Numbered from the stretch's first letter, positions 40,678 through 55,428 are shown. The stretch is 64,000 nt of DNA from Octopus sinensis (GCF_006345805.1 NC_043020.1:24180001-24244000); one strand, 5' to 3'. Notes: a model not told the origin generated them from the letters alone. Numbers and translations are program-made.

Positions 40678-40800
40678 GGCTTACAGCCGTTTCCAGTAGT
40701 CATTATAGGTACACTACTGATAGGTTTACTCAGTTGGTCTATTGATCAACTGAGGCAAATTGAACGACCTAAAACAATTAATGCTACTTTCGTCAGAGCC
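40678..40800 (-). ncRNA. Type I hammerhead ribozyme motif with extended stem II
   Basis: Minus strand: GGCU-CUGACGA-A-[AGUAG...long nested hairpin...CUACU]-G-GAAA-CGGCUG-UA-AGCC. Core C3-A9, GAAA and the UH site are intact; stem I is GGCU/AGCC. Confidence 0.75.
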
Positions 40801-42796
40801 ATGTTTGGTTATAACAAGCAAAGTACTGAAGGAATGGTGAGTGCATGGGGGAGGAAGGAAAGTTTGCAAAAATTATTTCAATATATATATTGAAATAATC
40901 TCCGAACCAAATTTCCTTCAACAACGAGTAACAAGGTCGTACCAGGATGTTGGCGCTGTTTGTTTTTCTTTAGACTCTGTTATAACCAGAGAGAGCTGGT
41001 CATTGGTTAATTGTTTTCCAGACATAACTAGTGTGTCATAACAATCCCGCCTTCATCTCTCTCTCTATTTCTATTCTCTCCCCTCCCCTCATCACCCTCT
41101 CTTCGTCTCTCTCTCTCTCCCTCCATCTTTATATATCTCTCTCCTCTCTCTGCGCTCTTATTCTCCCGCCCCTCTTTCTCGTTCTCTCCTCCCCTCTTTC
41201 TCTGTTCCCTTCTCCTTCAGTACTTCCTACTTGTAACCGCTACTCATCAAATCACCACTTCTCTCTCTCTCATCCTACCAGAACTTCTCAAAGAATGTTA
41301 TAAAATAGAGACACAGAGGAAGATGAGGAAATAAAGAACAGGAGAGAATAAAAGAATAAGAGAATAAGACAGAAAGTGTGTGCGGGGTTGAACGGAGAAA
41401 GAAAGAAGGCCGGATGTTGTTTATAATCAATGTCGTCTGGCTCTCAATATATTTCCCATCGTATGGTGGCGTCAGTGTCATTTGGTGTCACTGTTTGGCC
41501 GAATGTCAGAAAAATAGATACCAGGTCGATGACCAGTTTATGAGAGAAACTCTACGTGGTCGCTTTAGCTGCTAGAAACAGCATACAAATGTCCCCCAAA
41601 TTATAGTTGCTGGTTTTAAGAAACAGGACGGTATGCACATGGCTGCAACTACATTGGTAACAGGTCTATCTGATTGTGACTGAACTATGGCTAAATAACT
41701 ATAATGAGCAGGTTCACTTCGAGGTAGTTAGGGGATGCTATTTCTAGCATGTTACGCAACCTCCTAGAAATAGCACTCAGATTCCTTTCAACTCAGATGC
41801 TGCTATCTTAAATTGGGATTTAACACAATATGCTATGAAACCCTCTTTATAGAAACTAAAGAGAGCGTCAGGGCTGAAGGAGCTTTCATCATAGGTCATC
41901 TCGTTCGTGGCTGGCCTGGGGCTAAAACAGGAACAGCAGCCATGTTTAATTACAGACATATGTCTTTGTTAATGAATAATTAATGATAATCAATGGCGTC
42001 TTTGGAATAAATTCGTGCGTGTCCCCCCCCCTCAATACATATGAGAATGAGGGAATAGTCAGAAAGCATTTTTTCAAGATAAACATTATTTCTAGGATGA
42101 AGTGGCGGAGTGCCAGAATCATTACAGCACTGGATAAAAGGTCACGGTTGTTTTTCATTCCGAGTTCAAATGATGGAGTTTAAATTTGCCATTCATTCCC
42201 CCAAGGTCAATGAAGAACCAGCCAAGTACTTGAGTCAATGATATTAACTACTCGCTTCTCCTAAAAATTGCTGGCTCTGTGCCAAAATTAGAAACAGATA
42301 AGTATTTTTAACATAGAGATAAGATCACATATTTAGTGGAAAGAACTGTCGATTACATTCGCCCGTGGAATTGGAAATAAACGGTAAAATTTACTTAGGG
42401 AACTTGTGGTGTTCAAACCCTCGTCCTTCCAGCGCAATAGTTATTTTTTTAATGTTTTACAAAATGCTATAAATTTACGGATGGAGAACAATGAAATATA
42501 TCGCTTTCATAATAAAAACTGGTGGCTCTTCTATGGAGACCGGAAGGATACAAGATGAATTCGACCTCTGCCAGATTTGAACACCCAGCGTAACTAAATA
42601 CAGTGTTAATCTGTGTGTCCCTACAATAGATCTTCTTTGACGGTCACACATACAGACTGACATGTTGTTATATGACCTGTACCATGTACATCACGTCTTT
42701 GACTCAGATAAACACATCAAACCACATATGTACACCTACATACACCTTCGACACACTCCATATATGCATACTGATACATACACAAGAGAGAGAGAG

Positions 42797-42852
<56 letters not shown>

Positions 42853-43469
42853 ATAAACAAACAAACAAGCAAGCAATCTGTAGTTTAGTATTCAGCAAGA
42901 TATGGCTACCAAATCTTCAATACTGAATTCCAAGCACGGTATACTGTAAATCCGCCATTAAAATCCGTCTTGCATTACCATTCTGTCTGTCTGTCTGTTT
43001 ATCTACCTATCTATCTACCCACCTATCTCGCACAAAGATATATATATATATATATATATATATATCTTTTCTCTTCTTTTTATATATCAGTCTACTGTAT
43101 TTGTTCGCTCCCCACCCCGACCTCTTCTGTGTTCTCCATCTTAGAAAAAGATATTCAAAGTGAGATGGATTTCCCTACAGATCATCGATTATCATGGATA
43201 AAACAAATATATGGAAGGCTGATGTTGCTATTGGTGGTGGTGGTGGGGGTGATAATGATATGTATATAGAAAGAGTATATAACCTGTGTGGTAATGACAC
43301 GAACGCGTCGATGGTGTGGTCGTGTGGTTGAGGAGTCCGTTTCGTAATCACGAGTTTCTGAGTTCGAACAACTTTTATATTTCCTCGAATAAAATCGGGT
43401 TGGCCCGAACAGCCAGCTGGTACGATTTCATCAACACAAATAGTGTGGAAATTCGTCATATATATATAT

Positions 43470-43870
43470 TCTCTTTTACTCTTTTACTTGTTTCAGTAAT
43501 TTGACTGTGGCCATGCTGGAGCACTGCCTTTCGAGCAAATCGACCTCAAGACTTATTCTTTGTAAGCCTAGTACTTATTCTATCATTCTCTTTTGCCGAT
43601 CCGCTAAGTTACGGGGACGTAGACACACTAGCATCGGTTGTCAAGCGATGTTGGGGTGGAGAAGCACAGACACACAAACATATACACACACATATACATA
43701 TATATACGACAAGCTTCTTTCAGTTTCCGTCTACCAAATCCACTCACAAGGCTTTGGTCGACCCAAGGCTATAGTAGAAGACACTTGCCCAAAGTGCCAC
43801 GCAGTGGGACTGAACCCGGAACCATGTGGTTGGTAAACAAGCTACTTGCAACACAGCTACTCCTACGCCT
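43470..43870 (-). mobile_element. SINE family C full-length copy
   Basis: Reverse complement aligns end to end with 60052-60458. Confidence 0.9.
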
Positions 43871-44229
43871 ATATATGTTGCCATGCTTGACCGCTAAATC
43901 CACAAGTTTTCTTTTTATTATCTCTGCTAACGTTCTTTTTCCTTTCTGTTAAAGAGCGTAGGCTTGAAACGTAAAAGACTTGTTCTCTTTCCCGAGCGTC
44001 AAACTATTACACCTGATTGTTGCTCATACACCTGACTTCGTTCTGTTGTTTTTCTATAAATTTCATCTAATATATGTTCAACTTGAAGGAGTGTAATAGG
44101 CGAAATCCAGGCTATCTATGTTTCCTAGCTAGCAGATCTAATATATTACTCAACGAGGTGTGCTAAGCTAGATACTTCCTACACTTAGGTCCATGGATTT
44201 TTCAATTACAAATCAATAGTATATACGAT

Positions 44230-44276
<47 letters not shown>

Positions 44277-44404
44277 TGTGTGTGTGCATGCGTGCACGTG
44301 GGTTTATATATGTATACATAATGCCAGTATTTGACCGAACAGATAACACAGGCAAATAGTCAATGTGCTGAAATGCCGATTTGTTTCAACTCGGTGACGC
44401 TGTT

Positions 44405-45330
44405 CAACTTGAACTAGCAAAATCGTTACCGTGGCGGACAAAATGTACAGCGACATTTCTTCCGATTTTACGGTCTACGGTAAAATTCTACCGGGTTCGA
44501 CTTTGCTTTTCATTCTTTCGGAGTTCATAAAATAAGTACCAGTTGCACACTGGGGCCGATGTAATCGACTGATACCCTCCCCCGAAATTACTGGCCTTGC
44601 GCCAAACTTCGAAACCACTATTTACTGCTGGTGTTCTATGTACGTCATGTGATCGGAATGGTAAGAAGAGTGGAGCACTGGATGTGCTCTGCAGGATGTC
44701 TAAGATGCGTATCAACGACTATAATGAAAACAATGAGGTAACTGCAGTGCGAAGACAAGATCAATAAGAACCAAGAGAACAGCAAGTGTGGTTGGGAATT
44801 TTGGCACAAAACTATCAGTATGGAAGAGGAAGTCGATTACGTTGATTCCAAAAGGATGAAAGGCGGAGTCGACATGGACAAAATTTGAACTCAATAATGA
44901 AAATAATGGCTTCAAATTTTAGCACAAGGCCAGCAACTTCAAGGGAGAGGGTTAGTCGATTACAACGACCTATTAGCCTTCAACGGGTGCTTGCTTTATC
45001 GGGCCCGAAAGGGTGAAAGATAAAGTCAACATTGGAGGAATTTGAACTCAAAACATAAGGACGGACGAAGTACCGCTAAGAATTTCGCCCTGCGTGCTAA
45101 CGATTCTGCTAGCTCACCGCCTTAATAATAATCCCTTATGCTAGAGGCACAGGGCCTGAAATTTTCGGAGGAGGTGGGTTGTCGAGAGTATCTACCTCAG
45201 TAACCAAATGGTACTTAATTGGTCGACTCCAAAAGAATGAAAGGGAATCTGTCCGAGGTGGAATTTGAGTTCAGAACATAAAAACGGACGAAATGTGGCG
45301 CGGTAACGATTCTGCCGGTTTCGCCGCTCT
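44405..45330. mobile_element. Cluster of four SINE family M copies (one plus, three minus)
   Basis: Repeated central domain and B-box-like motif. Confidence 0.8.
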
Positions 45331-45419
45331 GAGGACAAAATCAATAAAAGCGAAAACACTGCAGACAACTACCACTGCAACAATAACATCAATGACGATG
45401 ATAATACATAAGATTTAAA

Positions 45420-45710
45420 GGGTAAAGGGTAAAAAGCCCCTTCGGTCATGAATGACCATGGGATTGTACCTAGAAAGTTTACCTCCGAGACACAAGTACA
45501 AGCAGGGTTGTTTATGGAAGACCAGCAGTCGCTCATGCATGCCATGTCACCAATCTTATCCAAGGGAAAGGCAAAGGCTGATACAGCTTGACACCAGTGA
45601 CGTTGCAACTGATTTCTACAGCTGAGTGAACACACAGCCAGGATCGGGAATTAAACTCACTACCTCATGATTGTGAGCCCGACGCTCTAACCATTGAGCC
45701 ATGCGCCTTC
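45420..45710 (-). mobile_element. tRNA-derived SINE with a TTTACC-type tail
   Basis: Minus head AAGGCGCATGGCTCAATGGTTAGAGCGTCGGG; the tail region aligns with 63320-63630. Confidence 0.75.
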
Positions 45711-45742
45711 ACATAAGATTAGGTTGAAATAACTTCACTCAC

Positions 45743-45872
45743 CACCGATGTTATTCCGGAAGATTTTGAAGGATATATTAAACTGGTTTTTGATGACACA
45801 TTTTTTCCTTAATCTTGAACGGAGGTACTTCCAGTCCAGGCGTGAATTCTGCACCACGTGACCTGCAAATAT
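45743..45872 (-). CDS. Internal coding exon B of the fasciclin-domain gene
   Basis: ttttcttctccccag|ATA TTT GCA GGT CAC GTG GTG ... ATC GGT G|gtgagt. 130 nt (phase 0 to 1), IFAGHVVQNSRLDWKYLRSRLRKKCVIKNQFNISFKIFRNNIG. GHVV matches the FAS1 [FY]H motif position. Confidence 0.88.
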
Positions 45873-46240
45873 CTGGGGAGAAGAAAAATAGCTATTAAGT
45901 AACAAATAAAAGTTTACAAAGAATATGATTCATTTTACTAAAATAGAAGTAAAAACGAAACAAAATTATAGTCCAAAACATGTGCTTCACGTTTGAGAAG
46001 AGACTCTCAATACAGTAGCTTAAGTGGCTAGAAATGGCTGCAAAATGTCATCGGTCAGGCTTACATCGTAGAGAGAGAGAGAGAGAGAGCTAACCTAGGA
46101 GATACAGGATGAGTGCAAAGCATGCAATAAGTAAATAAACGCTACGCGCCGGATCAAGATAGAAGTGTGTCGGTGGGTAAAAGGATGAGGGTGAGAGATA
46201 AGGCGAGTGCGCGTATGAGGACTTAATATGAAATCAACCA

Positions 46241-46472
46241 AGGCGGCGAGCTGGTAGAATTGTTAGCACGCCGGGCGAAATGCTTATCGGTATGTCGTCT
46301 GCCGTTACGTTCTGAGTTCAAATTCCGCCGAAGTCGACTTTGCCTTTCATCCTTTCGGGGTCGATAAATTAAGTACCAGTTACGCACTGGGATCGATGTA
46401 ATCGACTTAATCACTTTGTCTGTCTTTGTTTGACCCCTCTATGTGTAGCCCCTTGTGGGCAATAAGGAAAGA
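46241..46472 (+). mobile_element. Full-length young SINE family M copy with a 16-bp TSD
   Basis: TSD AATATGAAATCAACCA (46225-46240) / AATATGAAACCAGCCA (46473-46488), 14/16 identical. Tail ends CCCCTTGTGGGCAATAAGGAAAG. Confidence 0.9.
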
Positions 46473-46609
46473 AATATGAAACCAGCCAGGAGTGTAATTT
46501 TGTTTTCAACTTGTTTTAACTCTTCTTTACTTTTTTAAAATTTTAAAGCAATAAATGTTTTTCTTTTGAAAATTCGAATATAAACACACATTTTAGTAGG
46601 TATGTATTC

Positions 46610-47154
<545 letters not shown>

Positions 47155-48619
47155 AAGGAAGCACGAAATTCTACACAAGCACTCCCCTGATTACATTGCA
47201 TCCTGCAGCTAGTAGTTCCTAACATAATTTCTTGTTCCCTTGTCGTCCATTTAATTCCTTATTACTGCTCTGTACTTGACTAACTCTTCTATAACATGCG
47301 TCTATTGAGTTTTAACTCCTGGTTGTTAGTATCGCTAGCCTAAGCGAAATATCAATACACACACATATAGTGTGGGGGTGTATAGTAAATGGAAGAAGAT
47401 AGTTTGTGCAGTACATGGTGTAGAATTTGTTCGCATATTTATTTAAGCTGTGGATTTAGTCGTTACTCGATGTTCACGCTGTGCACACTTTCATTTAGAT
47501 TGCAAGATCGTGGAAATTCGAGCGTCAAACTCCAGTTGCGCCGAGCCCCGCTTTTAATATACGTATGCGTCTAGGCGCATGGGCGAGTGTGTGTGTATGT
47601 GTGTGTTGTGGATGTTTTGATAACTGGTTTTTACGTTATTATTCCTACATTAATAATTCGATTGCGAAATATTTCTCGTTGAATTCATAAACAGCAAACA
47701 ACCACCTGCAAGTAATTCGTTCAAATCATTTTTAAGGGGTGCCCACATCTGTCGATCTTACGATCTGTCTGTTTCGAAAAATAGATTTTCCAGAACCTGG
47801 TTTCCATATATTGACAGACAAATGCAGATTAGTGTGCAAATATGACGTTACATAATTCAAACCAGCTGGTCTTCTTCTCTATCGCACAGTTATATTTAGT
47901 TACGAAGTGATATATAGATATATGCATACACGCACGCGTATTTATAGTCAAATGAATATGTATGCAGGCATTGGAAATTATAACGCGTAGCACACACACA
48001 CATATATGTAATCATGTATACAAGCGTATGTATGTGTGTGTGTATATATGTCTGTGTGTTGGTGTAATCATATACATATATGTATATATAACCACATATA
48101 CATACATTTGTGTGCGTATGTATTGGTTCAATGAAAATACCAGAAATATCTGAGCTTCTAGACAATCAAGCAGAAATTGCACCAGGAAGAGTTCAATCCT
48201 TGAAACATTGATGAAGATACATGTCCAAGTGGTTAGAATGTTCACTCACGATTGCAGGATCATAATTTCGATTCCAGGACCAAGGAGTATGTTATGCTCT
48301 TGTGCAAAACACTTCATTTCACGTTGCTCCAATCTCCACATTTCAAAATAAATAATTCTTCGACGGTCTGGCGTCTCGTCCAGGGCCAATATTATTAACC
48401 AGGTGACCAACTCTGAGTCTTCGGACTCATGACAGTAATATACCGGGGAGTCAATTTACATTACTTTTTTCCCCGGACTGATATTCTAAAATCTTATAGG
48501 AAATATCCGCAATCTCCGATCTGGTACTCCTTTAGAAGTGATTGTTTCGACTCGCAAAGTCACAATTCAGAGTCTATTCCAGGTCATCCTTACCTATAAC
48601 CTCCAATATCCCTCGACAG

Positions 48620-48863
48620 CAGTGGTTCTTAACCATTTTTCTATTTTTTATTTTCCTCTATTGGATCCCCATAGCGATTCGATGATTAAAATCTCCTATT
48701 AAATTTTTATAATTGAAATTACATCAAGTTTTATATGAAAAAAAAACCCCAAACAATTTAATATCTTGTAAATTGTACAAGCACAAGCAATTTATTGCTC
48801 ATAAATTTTAACAAAATCTTATATGGACCTTGAAGGTCATGTGGACCCGATTGAGAACCAATG
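48620..48863. mobile_element. hAT-type MITE (MER5/Charlie-like ends)
   Basis: TIRs CAGTGGTTCTTAACC ... GATTGAGAACCAATG. Flanking 8-mers CTCGACAG / CCCTACAG (6/8), consistent with a decayed 8-bp TSD. Confidence 0.75.
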
Positions 48864-49379
48864 CCCTACAGAAAGAAGGGGTTGCGTTCCACAGATCGTA
48901 TTGCCTAGAATTGATAGAATGCAGCAGGGCCCTGACAACGTTCAAATAACTTCAATCGGAATAATACTTTACAAATTAATACGACGCAAGAAAAAATAGA
49001 AAAAAAGCTATTTTAAACTAAAATAAAGAAATATGTTATAATATGTAAGGAATGCATAAGAAATAGTAATAAAATATTGATAATGTTTAATGCAAAAGAG
49101 AAAAGCTTGGATAAAACAATGGGAGAAAGAAAATGTCTTTCTTTGTTCGTGTTAGAAATTTGGCAGAGAAAGTGTAACGTGTGAGTGATGGTCGAGATGA
49201 GAGAGTGACGATAAAAGGGAGATAATTTGAATTGTAAAAAAAATGTTGCTAAATGGATATGGCGCTGTGTGCTATTTCATTGAAGTTGGCGTTTAGGTGT
49301 ATGTGCACGCAGGCGAGTGTTTGTGTGCACGTTACATGGATACATATTTGGACGCACGCATGCATGTACATAAGTATTT

Positions 49380-49459
<80 letters not shown>

Positions 49460-49655
49460 TGTGTGTAAGTCTCTGAGAGACAGAATCATTGAGGGAAAGA
49501 AAAAATGTGGTGTGACCAAGAGATATAAATAAAGACAGTAAAGAGAGATGTTACTTTTAATGAACGACATTGCGGATGTCATACAAAACTGTCAACGCCA
49601 TTTTCGCTTATTTCTTCTTTTGTGTTTAGATCTTATCCTTTCATTCTTTGTGTGT

Positions 49656-49693
<38 letters not shown>

Positions 49694-51729
49694 ATGTATA
49701 TATATTATGTGTGTGAGTATATATGTTTGTATGTTTCTATTTGACTTCCATTTTTCACTAACCTTGTAAGGGTTAATATGACCGCTGAAGCAGAAAATAT
49801 TTGCACCGTACACACTAACGCATAATTATAAACGTGCACTCACACACACGCGCGCGCGCGCAGTTCTGTATGTGTAGGTGTGTGTGTAGGTGTGAATGCA
49901 GTGTGGGTGAATAGTTAAGAATTCCGATTGAAAACTACGAGGTTCAGGGTTCGATTTCTCAGCATAGTATTTTGGACGAGTGTCATTTCTAGAACCTCGA
50001 GTTATCTCCTATTTCGTGAGTGAAACCGGGTCAACGGAGATTGTATAGAATCCTGTTGGATAGGTCAGGTTGCATTCATTCTACCTGAGAATTACAGAAA
50101 GGGTGGACGTATATGGCATACTCAACTGCGCACACTCACACATACACACACATGTACAAATATGTAATTGTATGTGTGTATGTATGCGCACAAATACACA
50201 CACACACATACATATGTAACGTTTTAGTCATTAGACTGCGGCCATGCTGGGGCACCACCTTGAATTTTAATCGAATGAGTTGACCCCTAGTACTAATTTT
50301 TTAAAAGCCTGGTAGTTATTTTATTGGGTTTCTTATGTCGCACCGCTAATTGACGGAGAAGTAAACATACCCACACTGGTTGCCAACTGGTGGTGGTGGT
50401 GGGGGGGGGACACAGTCACACACACACACACATTTATTGAGTTTCATTTATCCTGTTCGTTCTACTAAACATACGCCTCATCTAGAAGGATGCCTATATA
50501 TATATATCCATGTGTACAGAACTATATTCAATACAGAGAAAAAAACTAAGCCCTGTGTATATGAAGAACAACAAAAACACAAAATAACGCCCCACCACAA
50601 TCCAACAACACCACCACCACAAAACCCCGAAAAGCAATAAATGCAAGAAGCTAGAAAGCCAAAACATTTGGAGTCAGGAGTTAATCTCAATAAGCCAAGG
50701 CTTACATCTGCAATAAAATTTAATTGAAAGATCATCTTACATCAATAACCAAATGGATGACAAGATTTTGTTTTCATCCTATTTTAGCAAAGAGTGGTGA
50801 ACCTTCCTAAAATTACACTTAACAATCTATTACTTCGTTCTGAGTTCGAATCTTACTGGAGCCATCTTTGACTCTCTTCCTTTCAAGAAGGATAAAATGA
50901 AGAATGTACCATAAATCCCAACAGTATTACAATTTTAGGAAATCGATCCTGTATCAGGTTAGATTGAAGGCGCGTGGCTTAGTGGTATAAGCGTCGGACT
51001 CTCTATCACAAGATTGTAGTTTCGATTCCCAGACCGGGTGGTGCGTTGTGTTCTTGGGCAAACCACTTATTTACGGCTAAGTGGACTGCAGCAATAAGCA
51101 ACAAAGTAATTCTGCGATGGACTGATGCCCTGTTCAAGGGGAATGTTATGGTCTCTGTTGTTTATACACCATGGAATCCTGGTATGCAGCCTTCTGAGTC
51201 CTAGAACTAAGTTAGAAGAAGGTGGCTGCATCGAAATATTTGTTTTAAAGTAACTTCCTACTTCTCTATAAGTTGCCAGTTCGAATACCGCCTGGGGAAT
51301 TTCTTTATTTTTCCACCCTCCTGGATCGGTTCCATACGTCACCTTTGAAGTCACAAAGATTGATGTAATTCACAAGAATCGTTTACCAATATTCACATAT
51401 TGATATGATGCAGTATCCTTGGCAGCAAATCATATTGTCTTTTAATATTATCAACAAGCATGTAATAATCTGTTTGTTACGATGTGTGTTCTTGCGTTGC
51501 GCTTTAAACAATATTAATATTGGAAACAAATGGAAGAATAAGCAAAATCTTTGGCAAGTTCCAATGTTTCCGATTGAACAAGGAGAGGCAAACATCTTGT
51601 CGAACAATCTGACACACAACTGAAATAGTTAACATTGTGAGGATCCAAACAAGCTTGATTATGGAAGACTATCTGAGACATAACCAAAATATTTGAGATA
51701 AGTATCCCACATGGGTGCAAGACAAAGTG

Positions 51730-53014
51730 CATATTAGTGGGAGGGAAGCAGTCGATTAAATAAACCCCAGTACTTGGGAATTACTTTATGTGTTTGAAAG
51801 GCAAAGGTAACGTCGGTGAAATCTGACCATCGGACAAAGACGTTGCGGGATATGTTCCAGTTCAATCCCCACCGCAATCATCTTTGCATTTCGTCGTGTT
51901 GGCATCGATTAAATAAAGTCTACAATTGCAATCGGTTGTAAGTAGCTAAAGCTCAGCCTCAGAATTTCTGATTTGTGCCTTTGTTACAAAAGTTTATTAT
52001 TGACGGAAAGTGGAGAATAAATTAAAGGGTTGTGGGTTGACAGAATGTTGAGAGAATCGGGCGGAATGCTTCCCGGTAATTGTTCAGGCTCCTTATCCGA
52101 ATTCGAACGGGAGTCAACTTTACCTTTATCCGTTCCGCGTTGATAAGAATACTATTTTCTTATTGGGGTCGATACTATGTTGTTCTCCCCACCCCTTAAA
52201 AGATATCTGGTCTCGCGCCAAAATCATAAACCGTTTATCGATTATAAAGAGACAACGAGTTGACAAATACGTCAGAAAATGCTTTATGGTATTTGGTCTG
52301 AGTTTTCATCTTCTGGGTTCAGATCCTGGCGAGGTCAACTTTACCATACATCTATTAGGGGGCAGATAAAACTAAGGACCAGTTAAATAATGGGGCCGAT
52401 TGTATCAACTAATGCCTGTACTCCTAAACCGAAAACTTATGCCTATTATTATTATTTGCACACCACATAAGGCAGAGAGCTGGCAGAATCGTTGGCGCGC
52501 TGGGTAAAATGCTTGGCGGCATTTCGTCTATCCTTACGTCCTGACTTCAAATTCCGCCGAGGTCAACTTTGCCGTTTATCCTTTCGGGGTCGATAAATTA
52601 AGTACCAGTTACGCACTGAGGTCGATGTAATCGACTTAATCCCCTCCCCTTGTGGCAAAAATTTGAAATCATTATAAGCACACCACATAAAATGTTTAAC
52701 GGTATTTCTTCCGTCTCTCCGTTCTGAGTTCAAATTCCGCTGAGGTCGATTTTGCCCTTCATCTTTTCGGGATCGATCTAATGAACCAGCTGAGAACACA
52801 GACTTTGTTGTCATCGGATAACCAGCAATCAACCAGCCCCCTCCCACAAAATTTCAGGCCTTGTGCCTATAGTAGAATGGTTTAATATTATTGATGGTCT
52901 GAGTTCACATATCTTTTCAGGATCGATAAATTAAGTACCAGTGAAACACTGGGGTCGATGTAATCGACTCATCCCTTGCCCCCAAATTACTGCTCTTGTG
53001 TCAAAAGTTGAAAC

Positions 53015-53059
<45 letters not shown>

Positions 53060-53275
53060 TTTCAAATTTTGCATAAGACCAATAATTTCGGAAGAGGTGG
53101 AAAATCGATTATTTTGAACTCCCAGAACTCAACTGGTATTTATTTTATCGACCCCAAAAGGGATGAAAGGGAAATTCGACCACGATGGAATTTGAACCCA
53201 GAACAGAAAGTCGGACGAAGTTCTGCTAAACATTTTGTACGACGCGCTACCGGTTTGGTCAGCTCGTGGCCTTTT
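51730..53275. mobile_element. Dense pile-up of at least 7 SINE family M copies of differing age and orientation
   Basis: The central domain recurs at ~51780, 51880, 52110, 52330, 52560, 52745, 52915 and 53150. Confidence 0.8.
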
Positions 53276-53704
53276 TATTACTGAAGTAATATGCAGCGAG
53301 AAAACAAAATGTATTTGCACAGTTACATACTTACGTCTCTACTCCCGCTCTCACGCCTTATGTTTAACTATATATATATAATGTTTATGCCTTGTCCGAA
53401 GACCTAAAAGTGCTCAACACCCTATTGTACTAACAATGTCCGCTGTCTATTATTGTTTGTCTCTAAGATAACAACGATGATTACAAACGGACGTCTTAAG
53501 TTTTGGTGCAGCGCGACCTGTTCGTCTGGCTGCATACGTCATCAAGGTGAAAAGTTCATTCCGAGCCACAGATGATAGATAATCCTTTCATAATACAATA
53601 GGTATCGTGTATGTATATATATAATATATAAATTATATATTTGTATACGTAAATATTACATACGTGCATATATCACCTCAGCACATAATTGTGCGCGCAC
53701 GTGT

Positions 53705-53793
<89 letters not shown>

Positions 53794-54299
53794 GACACTG
53801 ACACATGCGTAGGTGTATGTGTAGGAGAGGTTCACATTCACCTACATGTATATGCATATGTTCAAACAATAAACGCACAACAAACGTGCACATATATACC
53901 TACCTACATATATACACACACCCTTAGGCTACCGCCGTCCTACACACACCACGCTCGCGTTCAGTTTTGCTAATACAAACGCTAAGACGAATCTCTAGCA
54001 GTGAATAGGATCGGGACACCATTAACGGAACGTTGTAGATTCACCCCTGATTATGGCAAAACCTCACCAGCTGCCTTCTACTTCCATCTCCCATACACAA
54101 AAAGACTGACCGGCTTTATCAACCGTGCTGAGCAAATATCTATTCTGGCTTCGTTCTTGACCTTGTCCTAAGATATTAGCAAATTCTTAGTGAAATTTTC
54201 TGACCATTCACTGACCAGCTAACATCTGTGATTCAATATATTTAAATCGTGAGGCTTCAAAAGCTTCGCCACTGATAGGAAACATGAAAAGAGATAGAG

Positions 54300-54860
54300 A
54301 GAGGTGGCGGTGAGGGGGAGGGTGGATGGTAGCGTGGTTGGGATGGCGGTGGGAGTAATACTAACTGGGTGTTGGTGTGAGGAGTGAGTAGCGACTTGGT
54401 GTGTGGTGGTGGTGGCATTAGTAATTTGTGTGTGTCGCTGCTGATAATAGGGACTGGTTAGGTAGCGATGGTATGTGGCGGTGGTAGTAACGACCGGCTG
54501 TTGTGGTGGTGGTGGTGGAGGATTTGGGGGTGTGGTAGGTGGTGACGAAATTAATGGCGGTGGCGGTTTTGGTGTTGTTGATGTTGATGGAACTGCTATT
54601 GGTGATGATGTTGGTGTTATTGCTGCAGTGTAGATAGTGATGGAGTTGTTGATAGTGATGATGATGATGATGATAGTGGTGGTAGTGGTGGTGGTGATGT
54701 TGGAGGAGGTGGTGCAGTTGATGCTTTTGGTACGATGTTGGAATTGTACTTGATATTGGTATGGATGATGGTGGTGTTGGTGGTGTTTTCATTTGCTGGT
54801 GGACGTGGTGGTGACGCTGTCGATGGAGATGATGATGGCGGTGGTGCTGGTGCTGGTGTT
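54300..54860. repeat. GGT/GAT-rich degenerate trinucleotide low-complexity tract
   Basis: Imperfect (GGT)n/(GAT)n. Similar tracts lie at 24170-24430, 31300-31600 and 35520-35700. Confidence 0.8.
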
Positions 54861-55206
54861 GGAAAATATTCAATGTTGGACATTGGATTAAAACAGCAGA
54901 CTAGAAGCGATAGAGCCTGCCTGCCACACACCTCTAACCGCCTCCTCGCTCCCATCATCTCCTGCTTGAAGCATTAGATAACATGTCTTCACTCAAACAC
55001 AGCCGCCTCCACACCCCATCACCTACCGAACTTTGGCGTCTGCAACAACAGCAACAGCAAGAGCACCAATAATAATAATAATAATAATAATAACAATAAC
55101 ATCAACATTCACCGCAAGTGTAACATCGTTACCAAAGCGACGACGTTATCAGAATGCACACACACATACAAGTGTATATATACAAGATCACGCACACAGG
55201 TGTACA

Positions 55207-55253
<47 letters not shown>

Positions 55254-55419
55254 TATGTATGTGTGTGTGTACACACAAATAAACGTTAATGGAATAAGAA
55301 AGTTTTTGGTCGAAAGTAAAAGTAAACGACTAAGAAGAAAATATGAACTATCTTTTATTAAATAAAATATTAAATTAGAACAATCTTCAGTATGATAGGA
55401 GCTGATACCGATCGATCTA

Positions 55420-55428
55420 TCCACCTAC

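Noticed and set aside
54418-54958. His-rich and Pro-rich ORFs
   Set aside because: Degenerate GGT/GAT trinucleotide tract; no splice context that fits the gene.
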